DNA of 64,000 nucleotides from Camelus ferus (Eukaryota), in NCBI RefSeq assembly GCF_009834535.1, contig NC_045697.1:121026001-121090000 (forward strand), in the 5' to 3' direction. The notes below the pieces were generated by a model. It searched no databases and was not told the origin of the DNA. It was given only the letters and a program-made list of their open reading frames with translations. Of this stretch, positions 11,801 to 24,200 are shown piece after piece. Made by a program: the position numbers and the translations under genes. The first letter of the stretch is position 1; the number at the start of each line of letters is the position of its first letter.

Positions 11801-14800
11801 GTTCCCTGGAAGGGGGAAGTCCGCTAATTAACTCCCCTGTTCAGGGGGAGGCACTACATGCTACCTGCATTTCCAGCCCTACCCCCGCCGTTCTGCGGCA
11901 TCCAGCAAGACGAGACACTCGGGGAAGACATGCGGAGTGCTCCTAGGAAATCCCAGGAGCTGCAGAGAGAGTACGGAACTTCCCCACCGTCAGAAAAACG
12001 GAACGCGGCCGAGTGTTTTGGGGAGGTTTGGGGCCGACATCCACGCAGCTGCCTTCTGTCACAGGTGTTCCATGGCAGGGGGAATTCCGCTTTTATCTCT
12101 CCTGTCCAGGGGGATTCGCTAGATGCTACCTGCATTTCCAGCACAACACCAGGCTTTCCCTGCAGCCCGCACTAGGAAATACTAGGGGAATACACGTGGA
12201 GGGCTCCTAGGTGATCCCAGGCGCTGCAGACAGAATACGGTACCTCCCCACACTCAGAATTCCGTAACGCGGCCGAGTGGGTGGGGGAGGTTTGGGGCCG
12301 CCCTCCACGCAGCTGCTTGTTGTCACAGGTGTTCCCTGGCAGACGGAAATCCGCTAATTACCTCAACTGTCCTGGATGAGGCACTACATGCTACCTGTAT
12401 TTCCAGGACAATCCCCGAATTTCCCCGGCACCCCGCACTAGGAGACACTAGGGGAAGATATGCGGATGGCCCCTAGGAGATCCCAGGAGCTGCAGACAGA
12501 GGACGGAAACTCCCCACACTCAGAATTCTGGAACACGGCAGAGTGGGTGGGGGAGATATGGGGCCGACCTCCACGCAGCTGCCTGGAGTCACAGGTGATC
12601 CCTGGCAGGGGTAAGTCCGCTAATTACCTCCCCTGCCCAGGTTGAGGCACTACATGCTACCTACTTTTCCAGCCCAACGCCCGCCTTTCCCCGGAAGCCC
12701 GCACAAGGAGACACTCGGGGAAGACACGCGGAGGGTTCCTAGGAGATCCCAGGTGCTGCAGACAGAGTACGGACCTCCCCACACTCAGAAATCCGGAACG
12801 AGGCCGGGCGGTGGGGGAGGTTTGCGGCCGGCCTCCACGCAGCTCCGTGGTGTCACAAGTGTTCCCTGGAAAGGGTAAGTCCGCTGAATACCTCCCCTGT
12901 CCAGGGGGAGGCACTATATGCTACCTGCATTTCCAGAACAACCCCCGTTTTTCCCCGGCTCCCCGAACTAGGATACACTCGGGGAAGACACGCGGAGGGC
13001 TCCTAGGAGACCCCAGGCGCTGCAGAATTAAGACCGAACCTCCCCACACTCAGAATACCGGAACAAGGCCGAGTGGGTGTGGGAGGTTTGGGGACGCCTC
13101 CACGCAGCTGCTTGTTGTCACAGGTGTTCCCTGGCAGGGGGAATTCCGCTAATTACCTCCTCTGTCCAGGAGGAGTCACTAGATGCTACCTGCATATCCA
13201 GCAAAACCCCCGCTTTTCAAAGTCTCCCCGTAATAAGAGACACTATGGGAAGGCACGTGTATGGCTCCTAGGAGATCCCAGCGGCTGGAGACCGAAGACC
13301 AAACCTCTCCAAACTCAGAATTCCGGAATGCGGCCGAGTGGGTGGGGGAGGTTTGGGACCAAACCCCACGAAACTGCCGGGTGTTACATGTGTTCTCTGG
13401 CAGGGGGAAGTCCGCTAATTACCTCCCCTGTCCAGGGGGAGGCGCTACAAGCTACCTGCCTTTCCAGCCCAACACCAGCATTTCCCCGGCACACTGCACT
13501 AGGATACACTCGGTGAAGACAGGCGGAGGGCTCCTAGGAGATCCCAGGTGCTGCAGAAAGAGGACGGAACCTCTCCACACTCAAAATTCCGGAACAAGGC
13601 CGAGTGGTTAGGGGAGGTTTGGGGCGGCCCTCCACGCAGCTGCCTGGTGTCACAGGTGTTCCCTGGAAGGGGGAAGTCCGCTAATTACCTCCCCTGTTCA
13701 GGGGGAGGCACTACAGGCTACCTGCATTTCCAGCCCTACCCCCACCGTTCCCCGGCATCCAGCAAGAGGACACTCGGGGAAGACATGCGGAGTGCTCCTA
13801 GGAGATACCAGGAGCTGAAGAGAGAGTACAGAACTTCCTCACCCTCAGAATCACGGAACACGGACGAGTGTTTTCGGGAGGTTTGGGTCCGACCTCCACG
13901 CAGCTGCCATGTGTCACAGGTGTTCCAAGCCAGGGGGAACTCCGCTTTTACCTCTCCTGTCCAGGGGGATTCCCTAGATGCTACCTGCAATTCCAGCACA
14001 ACACCAGGCTTTCCCTGCATCCCACACTAGGAGACACTCGGGGAATACACGTGGAGGGCTCCTAGGTGATCCCAGGTGCTGCAGAGAGAATACGGAACCT
14101 CCCCACACTCAGAATTCCGCAACGCGGCCGAGTGGGTGGGGGAGGTTTGGGGCAGCCCACCAGGCAGCTTCCTGGTGTCACAGGTGTTCCCTGGCAGGGG
14201 GAAGACCGCTAATTACCACCCCTGTCCAGGGGGAGAAACTACATGCTACCTGCATTTCCAGCCCAACCCCCGCATTTCCCTGTCTGCCCGCACTAGGAGA
14301 CACTCGGGGAAGGCACGCGGAGGGCTCCTATGAGATCTCAGGCGCTGCAGACAGAGGACGGAACCTCCCCACACTCAGAATTCCAGAACAAGTCCGAGTG
14401 GGTGTGGGAGGTTTGGGGCCGACCTCCACGCAGCTGCCTCTTGTCACAGGTGTTACCTGGCAGGGTGAAGTACGCTAATTACCTTCCCAGTCCATGGGGA
14501 GGCACTACATGCTACCTGGATTTCCAGCCAAACCTCCGACTTTCCCCGGCTCCCCGCACTAGGATACACTCAGGGAAGGCACGCGGAGGGCTCCTAGGTG
14601 ATCCCAGGCGCTGCAGACAGATTACGGACCTCCCTACACTCAGAATACCGGAACGCGGCAGAGTGGTTTTTGAGGTTTGGGGCCGACCTCCACGCAGCTG
14701 CCTGGTGTCACAGGTGTTCCCTGGCAGGGGGAATTCCGCTAATTACCTCCCCTGTTCAGGCGGAGGCACTACATGCTACCTGCATTTCCAGACCTACCCC

Positions 14801-17800
14801 CACCGTTCCCCGGCATCCAACAAGAGGAGACACTCGGGGAAGACATGCGGAGGGCTCGTATGAGATCTCAGGCCCTGCAGACAGAGGACGGAACCTCCCC
14901 ACACTCAGAATACTGGAAAGAGGCCGAGTGGTTGGTTGAGGTTTGGGGCCGACCTCCACGCAGCTGCCTGGTGTCACAGGTGTTCCCTGGCAGGGGGAAT
15001 TCCGCTAATTACCTCCCCTGTCCAGGGAGAGGCACTACATGCTACCTGCATTTCCAGCCCAACCCCCGCCATTCCCTGGCTCCCAGCACTAGGATACACT
15101 CGGGGAAGACACGCGGAGGGCCCCTAGTGATCCCAGGCGCTGCAGACAGAGTACGGAACTTCCCCACACTCAGAATTCCGGAACGCGGCCGAGTGGGTGG
15201 GTTAGGTTTGGCATAACCCCACACGCAGCAGCCTAGTGTCACAGGTGTTCCCTGGAAGGGGGAAATTCGCTAATTACCTACCCTGTCCAGGGGGAGTCAC
15301 TACAAGCTACCTGCATTTCCAGCCCAACCCCCGCCCTTCCCCAGCTTCCCACACTAGGGGACACTGGGGGAAGACACGCGGAGGGCTCCTGGGAGATCTC
15401 AGGTGCAGCAGACAGATTACGGAAACTCCCCACACTCAGAATTCCAGAACAAGGCCGAGTGGGTGTGGGATTTTTGGGGCCGCCCTCCACGCAGCTGCCT
15501 GTTGTCACAGGTGTTCCCTGGCAGGGGGAATTCCGCTATTTACCTTCCCTGTCCAGGGGGAGGCACTATATGCTACCTGCTTTTCCAGAACAAAACCCGC
15601 TTTTCCCTGGCAGCCCATACTAGGTGACACTCTCAGAAGTCACGCGGAGGGCTCCTAGGAGATCCCACGTGCTGCAGAAAGAAGACCGAACCTCCCCACA
15701 CTCAGAAGTCCGGAATGCGTCGGAGTTTGTGCGGGAGGTTTGGGTCTTCCATCTACGAAGCTACCTGGTGTCACAGGTGTTCCCTGGCAAGGGGAAGTCC
15801 GCTAATTACCTCCACTGTCCAGGGGGAGACACTAGATTCTACCTGATTTTCCAGCCCAACCCCCGCCTTTCCCCAGTATCCCGCAAAATGAGACACTCGG
15901 GATGACACGCGGAGCGCTCCTAGGTGATCCCAGGCGCTGCAGACAGAGTACGGAACCTCCACACACTCAGAATTCCGGAACGCGGCCGAGTAGGTTGGGG
16001 AGGATTGGGGCCGACTTCCCCGCAGCTGCCTGGTGTCACAGGTGTTCCCTGGAAGGGGGATGTCCGCTAATTACCTCCCCTGACCACGGGGTGGAACTAC
16101 ATGAAACCTGTCTTTCCAGGCCAACCCCAATCTTTCCCTGGAATCCATCAATACAATACACTCGGGGAAGACACGGCGAGGGCTGCTAAGAGATCCCAAG
16201 TGCTGCAGAGAAGACTGAAATTCCCCAAACTCAGAAGTCAGGAACGCGGCGGAGATTGTAGGGGAGGTTTGGGGCCTCCATCCACGAAGCTACCTGGGGT
16301 CACAGGTGTTCCCTGGCAGGGGGAAGTCCGCTAATTACCTCCACTGTCCATGGGGAGGCACTAGATTCTACCTGCGTTTCCAGCCCAAAGCCCGCCTTTC
16401 CCCGGTAGCCCGCAGAATGAGACACTCGGGGAAGACACGCGGAGTGTTCCCAGGACGTCCCAAGCGCTGCAGACAGATGACGGAACCTCCCCAAACTCAG
16501 GATTCCGGAACGCGGCCGACAAGGTGGGAAAGGTTTGGGCCCGCACTCCACGCAGCTGCCTGGTGTCACAGGTGTTCCCTGGCAGGGGGAAGTCCACTAA
16601 TTACCTCCCCTGTCCAGGGTGAGGCACTAGATGCTACCTGCATTTCCAGCCAAACCCCCGAATTTCCCCAGCACACCGCACTAGGACACACTCATGGAAG
16701 ACACGCGGAGGGCTCCCAGGAGATCACAGGCGCTGCAGATAGAAGAAGGATCCTCCCCACACTCAGAATTCCAAAACGCGGCTGAGTTATTGGGGGAGGT
16801 TTGGGGCCGCCCTTCACGCATCTGCCTCGTGTCACAGGTGTTCCCTGCAAGGGGGAAATCCGCTAATTAACTTCCCTGTCCAGGGGGAGGCACTAAATGA
16901 TACCTGCTTTTCCAGCACAACCCCCGCATTTCCCCGGCACCCCGTAATAGGATACACACGGGGAAGACACGCGGAGTTCTACTACGAGATCCCAGGCGCT
17001 GCAGACCGAGGACGGAACCTCCCAACACTCAGGAATGCGGAATAAGGCCGAGTGTGTGGGGGAGATTTGTGGCCGCACTCCACGCAGCTGCTTGGTGTCA
17101 CAGGTGTTCCCTGGCAGGGGGAAGTTCACTAATTACCTCCCCTGCCCACGGGGAGGCACTAGATGCTACCTACTTTTCCAGCAGAAAACCTGCCTTTCAC
17201 CTGCTGCGCGCACTAGGAGACACTCTAGGAAGACACGCGGAGGGCTCCTAGGAGATCCCAGGCACTGCAGACGGTGGACGGAATCTCCCCACACTCAGAA
17301 TTCCAGAACAATGCCGAGTGGGTGTGGGAGGTAAGGGGCCGCTCTCCACGAACCTGCCTCTTGTCACAGGTGCTCCCCGGCAGGGGGAAGTCCGCTAATT
17401 ACCTCCCCTGTCCAGGGAGAGGCACTACATGCTACCTGCATTTCCAGCCCAACCCCCGCCATTCCCTGGCTCCCAGCACTAGGATACACTCGGGGAAGAC
17501 ACGCGGAGGGCTCCTAGTGATCCCAGGCACTGCAGACAGAGTACGGAACTTCCCCACACTCAGAATTCCGGAACGCGGCCGAGTGGGTGTGGGCGGTTTG
17601 GGACCACCCTCCTCGCAGCTGCCTGGTGTCACAGGGGTTCCCTGGAAGGGGTAATACCGCTAATTACCTCCCCCGTCCAGGGTGAGGCACTATAAGCTAC
17701 CTGCATTTCCAGCCCAACCCCCACCTTTCCCCGGCTCCCCGCACTAGGATACACTCGGGGAAGGCACGCGGAGGGCTCCTAGGAGATCCCAGTTGCTGCA

Positions 17801-20800
17801 GACAGAGGATGGAACCTCTCCACACTCAAAATTCCGAAACAAGGCCGAGTGGTTGGGGGAGGTTTGGAGCGGCCCTCCACGCAGCTGCCTGGTGTCACAG
17901 GTGTTCCCTGGAAGGGGGAAGTCCGCTAATTACCTCCCCTGTTCAGGGGGAGGCACTACATGCTACCTGCATTTCCAGCCCTACCCCCGCCATTCCGCGG
18001 CATCCAGCAAGACGAGACACTAGGGGAAGACATGCGGAGTGCTCCTAGGAAATCCCAGGAGCTGCAGAGAGAGTACGGAACTTCCCCACCGTCAGAAAAA
18101 CGGAACGCGGCCGAGTGTTTTGGGGAGGTTTGGGGCCGACATCCACGCAGCTGCCTTCTGTCACAGGTGTTCCATGGCAGGGGGAATTCCGCTTTTATCT
18201 CTCCTGTCCAGGGGGATTCGCTAGATGCTACCTGCATTTCCAGCACAACACCAGGCTTTCCCTGCAGCCCGCACTAGGAAATACTAGGGGAATACACGTG
18301 GAGGGCTCCTAGGTGATCCCAGGCGCTGCAGACAGAATACGGTACCTCCCCACACTCAGAATTCCGTAACGCGGCCGAGTGGGTGGGGGAGGTTTGGGGC
18401 CGCCCTCCACGCAGCTGCTTGTTGTCACAGGTGTTCCCTGGCAGACGGAAATCCGCTAATTACCTCAACTGTCCTGGATGAGGCACTACATGCTACCTGT
18501 ATTTCCAGGACAATCCCCGAATTTCCCCGGCACCCCGCACTAGGAGACACTAGGGGAAGATATGCGGATGGCCCCTAGGAGATCCCAGGAGCTGCAGACA
18601 GAGGACGGAAACTCCCCACACACAGAATTCTGGAACACGGCAGAGTGGGTGGGGGAGATATGGGGCCGACCTCCACGCAGCTGCCTGGAGTCACAGGTGA
18701 TCCCTGGCAGGGGTAAGTCCGCTAATTACTTCCCCTGCCCAGGTTGAGGCACTACATGCTACCTACTTTTCCAGCCCCACGCCCGCTTTTCCCCGGAAGC
18801 CCGCACAAGGAGACACTCGGGGAAGACACGCGGAGGGTTCCTAGGAGATCCCAGGTGCTGCAGACAGAGTACGGACTTCCCCACACTCAGAAATCCGGAA
18901 CGAGGCCGGGCGGTGGGGGAGATTTGGGGCCGCCCTCCACGCAGCTCCGTGGTGTCACAAGTGTTCCCTGGAAAGGGTAAGTCCGCTGAATACCTCCCCT
19001 GTCCAGGGGGAGGCACTATATGCTACCTGCATTTCCAGAACAACCCCCGCATTTCCCCGGCTCCCCGAACTAGGATACACTCGGGGAAGACACGCGGAGG
19101 GCTCCTAGGAGACCCCAGGCGCTGCAGAATGAAGACCGAACCTCCCCACACTCAGAATTCCGGAACAAGGCCGAGTGGGTGTGGGAGGTTTGGGGACGCC
19201 TCCACGCAGCTGCTTGTTGTCACAGGTGTTCCCTGGCAGGGGGAATTCCGCTAATTACCTCCTCTGTCCAGGAGGAGTCACTAGATGCTACCTGCATATC
19301 CAGCAAAACCCCCGCTTTTCAAAGTCTCCCCGTAATAGGAGACACTATGGGAAGGCACGTGGATGGCTCCTAGGAGATCCCAGCGGCTGGAGACCGAAGA
19401 CCAAACCTCTCCAAACTCAGAATTCCGGAATGAGGCCGAGTGGGTGGGGGAGGTTTGGGACCAAACCCCACGAAACTGCCGGGTGTTACATGTGTTCTCT
19501 GGCAGGGGGAAGTCCGCTAATTACCTCCCCTGTCCAGGGGGAGGCGTTACATGCTACCTGCCTTTCCAGCCCAACACCAGCATTTCCCCGGCACACTGCA
19601 CTAGGATACACTCGGTGAAGACAGGCGGAGGGCTCCTAGGAGATCCCAGGTGCTGCAGAAAGAGGACGGAACATCTCCACACTCAAAATTCCGGAACAAG
19701 GCCGAGTGATTAGGGGAGGTTTGGGGCGGCCCTCCACGCAGCTGCCTGGTGTCACAGGTGTTCCCTGGAAGGGGGAAGTCCGCTAATTACCTCCCCTGTT
19801 CAGGGGGAGGCACTACAGGCTACCTGCATTTCCAGCCCTACCCCCACCGTTCCCCGGCCTCCAGCAAGAGGAGACACTCGGGGAAGACATGCAGAGTGCT
19901 CCTAGGAGATCCCAGGAGCTGAAAAGAGAGTACAGAACTTCCTCACCCTCAGAATAACGGAACACGGACGAGTGTTTTCGGGAGGTTTGGGTCCGACCTC
20001 CACGCAGCTGCCATGTGTCACAGGTGTTCCAAGCCAGGGGGAACTCCGCTTTTACCTCTCCTGTCCAGGGGGATTCCCTAGATGCTACCTGCAATTCCAG
20101 CACAACACCAGGCTTTCCCTGCATCCCACACTAGGAGACACTCGGGGAATACACGTGGAGGGCTCCTAGGTGATCCCAGGTGCTGCAGAGAGAATACGGA
20201 ACCTCCACACACTCATAATTCCGTAACGCGGCCGAGTGGGTGGGGGAGGTTTGGGGCAGCCCTCCACGCAGCTGCCTGGTGTCACAGGTGTTCCCTGGCA
20301 GGGGGAAGACCGCTAATTACCACCCCTGTCCAGGGGGAGAAACTACATGCTACCTGCATTTCCAGCCCAACCCCCGCATTTCCCTGTCCGCCCGCACTAG
20401 GAGACACTCGGGGAAGGCACGCGGAGGGCTCCTATGAGATCTCAGACGCTGCAGACAGAGGACGGACCCTCCCCACACTCAGAATTCCAGAACAAGTCCG
20501 AGTGGGTGTGGGAGGTTTGGGGCCGACCTCCACGCAGCTGCCTCTTGTTACAGGTGTTACCTGGCAGGGTGAAGTACGCTAATTACCTTCCCCGTCCAGG
20601 GGGAGGCACTACATGCTACCTGGATTTCCAGCCCAACCTCCGACTTTCCCCGGCTCCCCGCACTAGGATACACTCAGGGAAGGCACGCGGAGTGCTCCTA
20701 GGTGATCCCAGGCGCTGCAGACAGATTACGGACCTCCCTACACTCAGAATACCGCAACGCGGCCGAGTGGTTTTTTGAGGTTTGGGGCCGAACTCCACGC

Positions 20801-20860
20801 AGCTGCCTGGTGTCACAGGTGTTCCCTGGCAGGGGGAATTCCGCTAATTACCTCCCCTGT
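8860..20860 (+). repeat. HOR block, period ~6103 bp (23 monomers), about two copies
   Basis: ORF offsets 6102-6104 throughout (9133/15236, 9998/16101, 11171/17274, 12460/18562, 13261/19363, 14330/20434). Distinctive monomers such as CCACGGGGTGGAACTACATGAAACC were seen only at ~9981 and ~16084. Confidence 0.93.
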
Positions 20861-21239
20861 CCAGGGAGAGGCACTACATGCTACCTGCATTTCCAGCCCA
20901 ACCCCCGCCATTCCCTGGCTCCCAGCACTAGGATACACTTGGGGATGACACGCGGAGGGCTCCTAGTGATCCCAGGCGCTGCACACAGAGTACGGAACTT
21001 CCCCACACTCAGAATCCCGGAACGCGGCCGAGTGGGTGGGGTAGGTTTGGCATAACCCTACACGCAGCAGCCTAGTGTCACAGGTGTTCCCTGGAAGGGG
21101 GAAATTCGCTAATTACCTACCCCGTCCAGGGGGAGGCACTACAAGCTACCTGCATTTCCAGCCCAATCCAAGCCTTTCCCCGGCTTCCCGAACTTGGGGA
21201 CACTCGGGGAACACACGCGGAGGGCTCCTAGGTGATACC

Positions 21240-24200
21240 AGGTGCTGCAGACAGAGTACGGACCTCCCCACACTCAGAAATCCGGAACGCGGCCGAGTAG
21301 GTGGGAGAGGTTTGGTTCCGCACTCCACGCTGCTGCCTGGTGTCACAGGTGTTCCCTGGAAGGGGGAAATTCGCTAATTACCTACCCTGTCCAGGGGGAG
21401 GCACTACAAGCTACCTGCATTTCCAGCCCAACCCCCTCCTTTCCCCGGCTTCCCGCACTAGGGGACACTCGGGGAAGACACGCGGAGGGTTCCTGGGAGA
21501 TCCCAGGTGCAGCAGACAGAGTACGGAACCTCCCCACACTCAGAATTCCAGAACAAGGCCGAGTGGGTGTGGGATTTTTGGGGCCGCCCTCCACGCAGCT
21601 GCCTGTTGTCACAGGTGTTCCCTGTCAAGGTGAAGTCCGCTAAATACCTTCCCCTTCCAGAGGGAGACACTACATTCTACCTGGATTTCCAGCCCAACCC
21701 CCGCCTTTCCCCTGCTCCCCGCACGAGGATACACTCGGGGAAGGCACGCGGAGGGCTCCTAGATGATCCCAGGCGCTGCAGACAGAGTACGGACCTCCCC
21801 ACACTCAGAAATCCGGAACGCGGCCGAGTAGGTGGGAGAGGTTTGGTTCCGCACTCCACGCAGTTTCCTGGTGTCAAATGTGTTCCCTTGCAGGGGAAAT
21901 CTGCTAACTACCTCCACTATCCAGGGTGAGGCACTACATGCTACCTGTTTTTCCAGCCCAACGCCCGTTTTCCCCAGCATCCCGCACTAGGAGACACTCT
22001 GGAAGACACGTGGAGGGCTCCTAGGTGATACCAGGCGCTTCAGACCGAAGACGGGACCTCCCCACACTCAGAATTCCGGAACTAGTCCGAATGTGTGTGG
22101 GAGGTTTGGGGCCGCCCTTCACGCAGCTGCGTGGTGTCACATGTGTTCCTTGATGGGAAATCCGCTAATTACCTCCCCTGTCCAGAGGGATGCACTACAT
22201 GCTACCTGCATTTCCAGCCCAACCCAAAATTTTCCCCTGCAGCCCACACTAGGAGACACTCTGGGAAGACACGCGGAGGGCGCCTAGGTGATCCCAGTCG
22301 GTGCAGACAGAGGACGGACCTCACGACACTCAGAATTCCGGAACGCGGCCGAGTGGGTCAGGGAGGTTTGGGGCCGCCCTCCACGAACCTGCCTAGTGTC
22401 ACAGGTGTTCCCTTGCGGGGGAAAGTCCGCTAATTAGCTCCCCTGTCCTGGGGGAGGCACTAGATGCTACCTGCGTTTCCAGCCCAACCCGCGACTTTCC
22501 CCGGAAGCCCGCACAAGGAGACAATCGGGGAAGACATGCGAATGGTTCCAAGGACGTCCCAGGCGCTGCAGACAGAGGACGGAACCTCCCCACACTCAGA
22601 ATTCCGGAACGCGGCCGAGTGGGTGGGAAAGGTTTGGGCACGCCATCCTCCCAGCTGCCTGGTGTCACAGGTGTTCCCTGGCAGGGGGATTACCGCTAAT
22701 TACCTCCCCATTCCAGCGGGAGGCACTACATGTTACCTGCTTTTCCATTACAACCCCCGACTTTCCCGGGCAGCCCGCACTAGGAGACACTCGGGGAAGA
22801 CACGCGGAGGGCTCCTAGGAGATCTCAGGCGCTGCAGACAGAGTACGGACCTCCCCACACTCAGAAATCCGGAACGCGGCTGAGTAGGTGGGAGAGGTTT
22901 GGTTCCGCACTCCACGCAGTTTCCTGGTGTCAAATGTGTTCCCTTGCAGGGGAAATCTGCTAATTACCTCCCCTGTCCAGGGGGAGGCACTAGATGCTAC
23001 CTGCATTTCCAGCCCAACACCCGTTTTCCCCAGCATCCCGCACTAGGAGACACTCTGGAAGACACGTGGAGGGCTCCTAGGTGATACCAGGCGCTTCAGA
23101 CCAAGACGGGACCTCCCCACACTCAGAATTCCGGAACGCGGCCGAGTGGGTGGGAAAGGTTTGGGCACGCCATCCTCCCAGCTGCCTGGTGTCACAGGTG
23201 TTCCCTGGCAGGGGGATTACCGCTAATTACCTCCCAAGTCCAGGGGGAGGCACTACATGTTACCTGCTTATCCATTACAACCCCCGACTTTCCCGGACAG
23301 CCCGCACTAGGAGACACTCGGGGAAGACACGCGGAGTGCTCCTAGGAGATCTCAGGCGCTGCAGACAGAAGAAGGAACCCCCCCAAACTCAGAAATCCGG
23401 AACGCGGCCGAGTTGGTTGGGTAAGTTGGGTGCCGCACTCCGCGCATCTGCCTGGTGTCACATTTGTTCCCTTTCAGGGGGAATTCCGCTAATTACCCTC
23501 CCCTGTCCAGGGGGAGGCACTAGATGCTATCTGCATTTCCAGCCCGACCCCCGCCTTTCCCCGGCATCCCGCATTAGGAGACACTCGTGGAAGACACGCG
23601 GAGGGCTCCTAGGTGATCCCAGGCGCTGCAGAGAGAGTACGGCACCTCCCCACACTCAGAATAACGGAACGCGGCCGAGTGGTTGGGGGAGTTTTGGGGC
23701 CGACCTCCACGCAGCTGCCTGGTGTCACAGGTGTTCCCTGGCAGGGGGAATTCCGCTAATTACCTCCCCTGTCCAGGGAGAGGCACTACATGCTACCTGC
23801 ATTTCCAGCCCAACACCCGCCATTCCCCTGCTTCCAGCACTAGGATACAATTGGGGAAGACACGCGGAGGGCTCCTAGAGATCCCAGGCGCTGCAGACAG
23901 AGTACGGAACTTCCACACACTCAGAATTCCGGAACGCGGTCGAGTGGGTGGGGTAGGTTTGCCATAACACCACACGGAGCAGCCTGGTGTCACAGGTGTT
24001 CCCTGGCAGGGTGAAGTCCGCTAATTACCTTCCCTGTCGAGGGGGAGGCACTACATGCTACCTGCTATTCCAGGCAAACCCCCACCTTTCCCCGGCTCTC
24101 CTCACTAGGAGACACTCTGGGAAGACAGGCGGAGGGCTCCTAGGTGATCCCAGGCGCTGCAGACATAGTACGGAACCTCCACAAATTCAGAATTCCGGAA

